Positions 60,547-60,731 of a DNA stretch of 60,731 nt are shown piece after piece. The stretch is from Acidobacteriota bacterium (GTDB lineage Bacteria > Acidobacteriota > Vicinamibacteria > Vicinamibacterales > UBA2999), in assembly GCA_027622905.1 (NCBI GenBank), contig JAQBVV010000002.1, forward strand, positions 1-60,731, given 5' to 3'. Below the pieces are notes generated by a model, which was not told the DNA's origin, searched no databases, and was given only the letters and a program-made list of their open reading frames with translations. Position 1 is the first letter of the stretch. Each line of letters begins with the position of its first letter. A program made the position numbers and the translations under genes.

Positions 60547-60673
60547 CCAGGCAGCGCTGTCTCGAGTGTGGCCCTTCCCTGCTTGCCCGGGAGTTCGTGA
60601 GGCGCTCTGTTGGCAGAGGACGGCGTGTGCAGACGACGGCGTTTCCAGGGGACGAGGTGTCCAGGGGCTCGCT

Positions 60674-60731
60674 TAGGACCCGGGCAGGAATAAGTTGATC
60701 ATCGTGGGCGTCGAGGCGCCCACCCGGCAAG
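60674..60731 (-). mobile_element. Partial E1 MITE at contig end, inverted relative to copies A and B
   Basis: TA then GGACCCGGGCAGGAATAAGTTGATCATCGTGGGCGTCGAGGCGCCCACCCGGCAAG equals the reverse complement of the right arm of copies A and B. It is truncated by the contig end. Confidence 0.85.

Overview
This is a visibly GC-rich bacterial chromosomal contig (GC not computed). The gene content would suit an Acidobacteriota- or Gemmatimonadota-like soil organism, but I cannot place it from sequence alone. It is mostly housekeeping.

Gene content in order:
- lptC/A-like, lptB, rpoN, rapZ, PTS-EIIA(Man) cluster
- recJ, dnaE, guaA
- BamB-like propeller
- aminotransferase
- very large NtrY-like histidine kinase
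- pssA-psd, rimI-tsaB, mutS
- peptide-type ABC substrate-binding protein
- tRNA-Arg(CCT), apt, acyP, bacilliredoxin
- RND efflux operon (MFP-RND-TolC)
- M28/PDZ peptidase, TerC
- a 12.8-kb co-directional string: hspR, cbpA-like dnaJ, clpB (split), ftsH, DAC-fold protein, methyltransferase, folB, SDR, PLD(HKD x2), CYTH, pLGIC-like channel

Most notable observations:
1. A family of TA-flanked, ORF-less palindromic elements (E1, E2, E3). Their terminal inverted repeats are unrelated, but they share a 78-nt core whose central hairpin is kept by compensatory substitutions. E1 has at least 4 copies, including both contig ends, and two direct copies bracket a 3.5-kb accessory island.
2. clpB is interrupted by an in-frame TAG two codons upstream of the conserved Val/GTG used in other bacteria as the internal start of the short ClpB isoform.
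3. A DAC (diadenylate-cyclase-fold) protein with an altered RHR motif is start/stop-overlapped with ftsH.
4. A tightly packed PLD-CYTH-pLGIC-like module, with an in-frame TGA in the channel gene.
5. A frameshifted PD40 gene and an IS200/RAYT-like ORF lacking the HUH motif.

No CRISPR array, rRNA or intact transposase was seen. The many long antisense 'shadow' ORFs in the track are treated as GC-driven artefacts. All family calls are motif recognition by eye; no searches were run.
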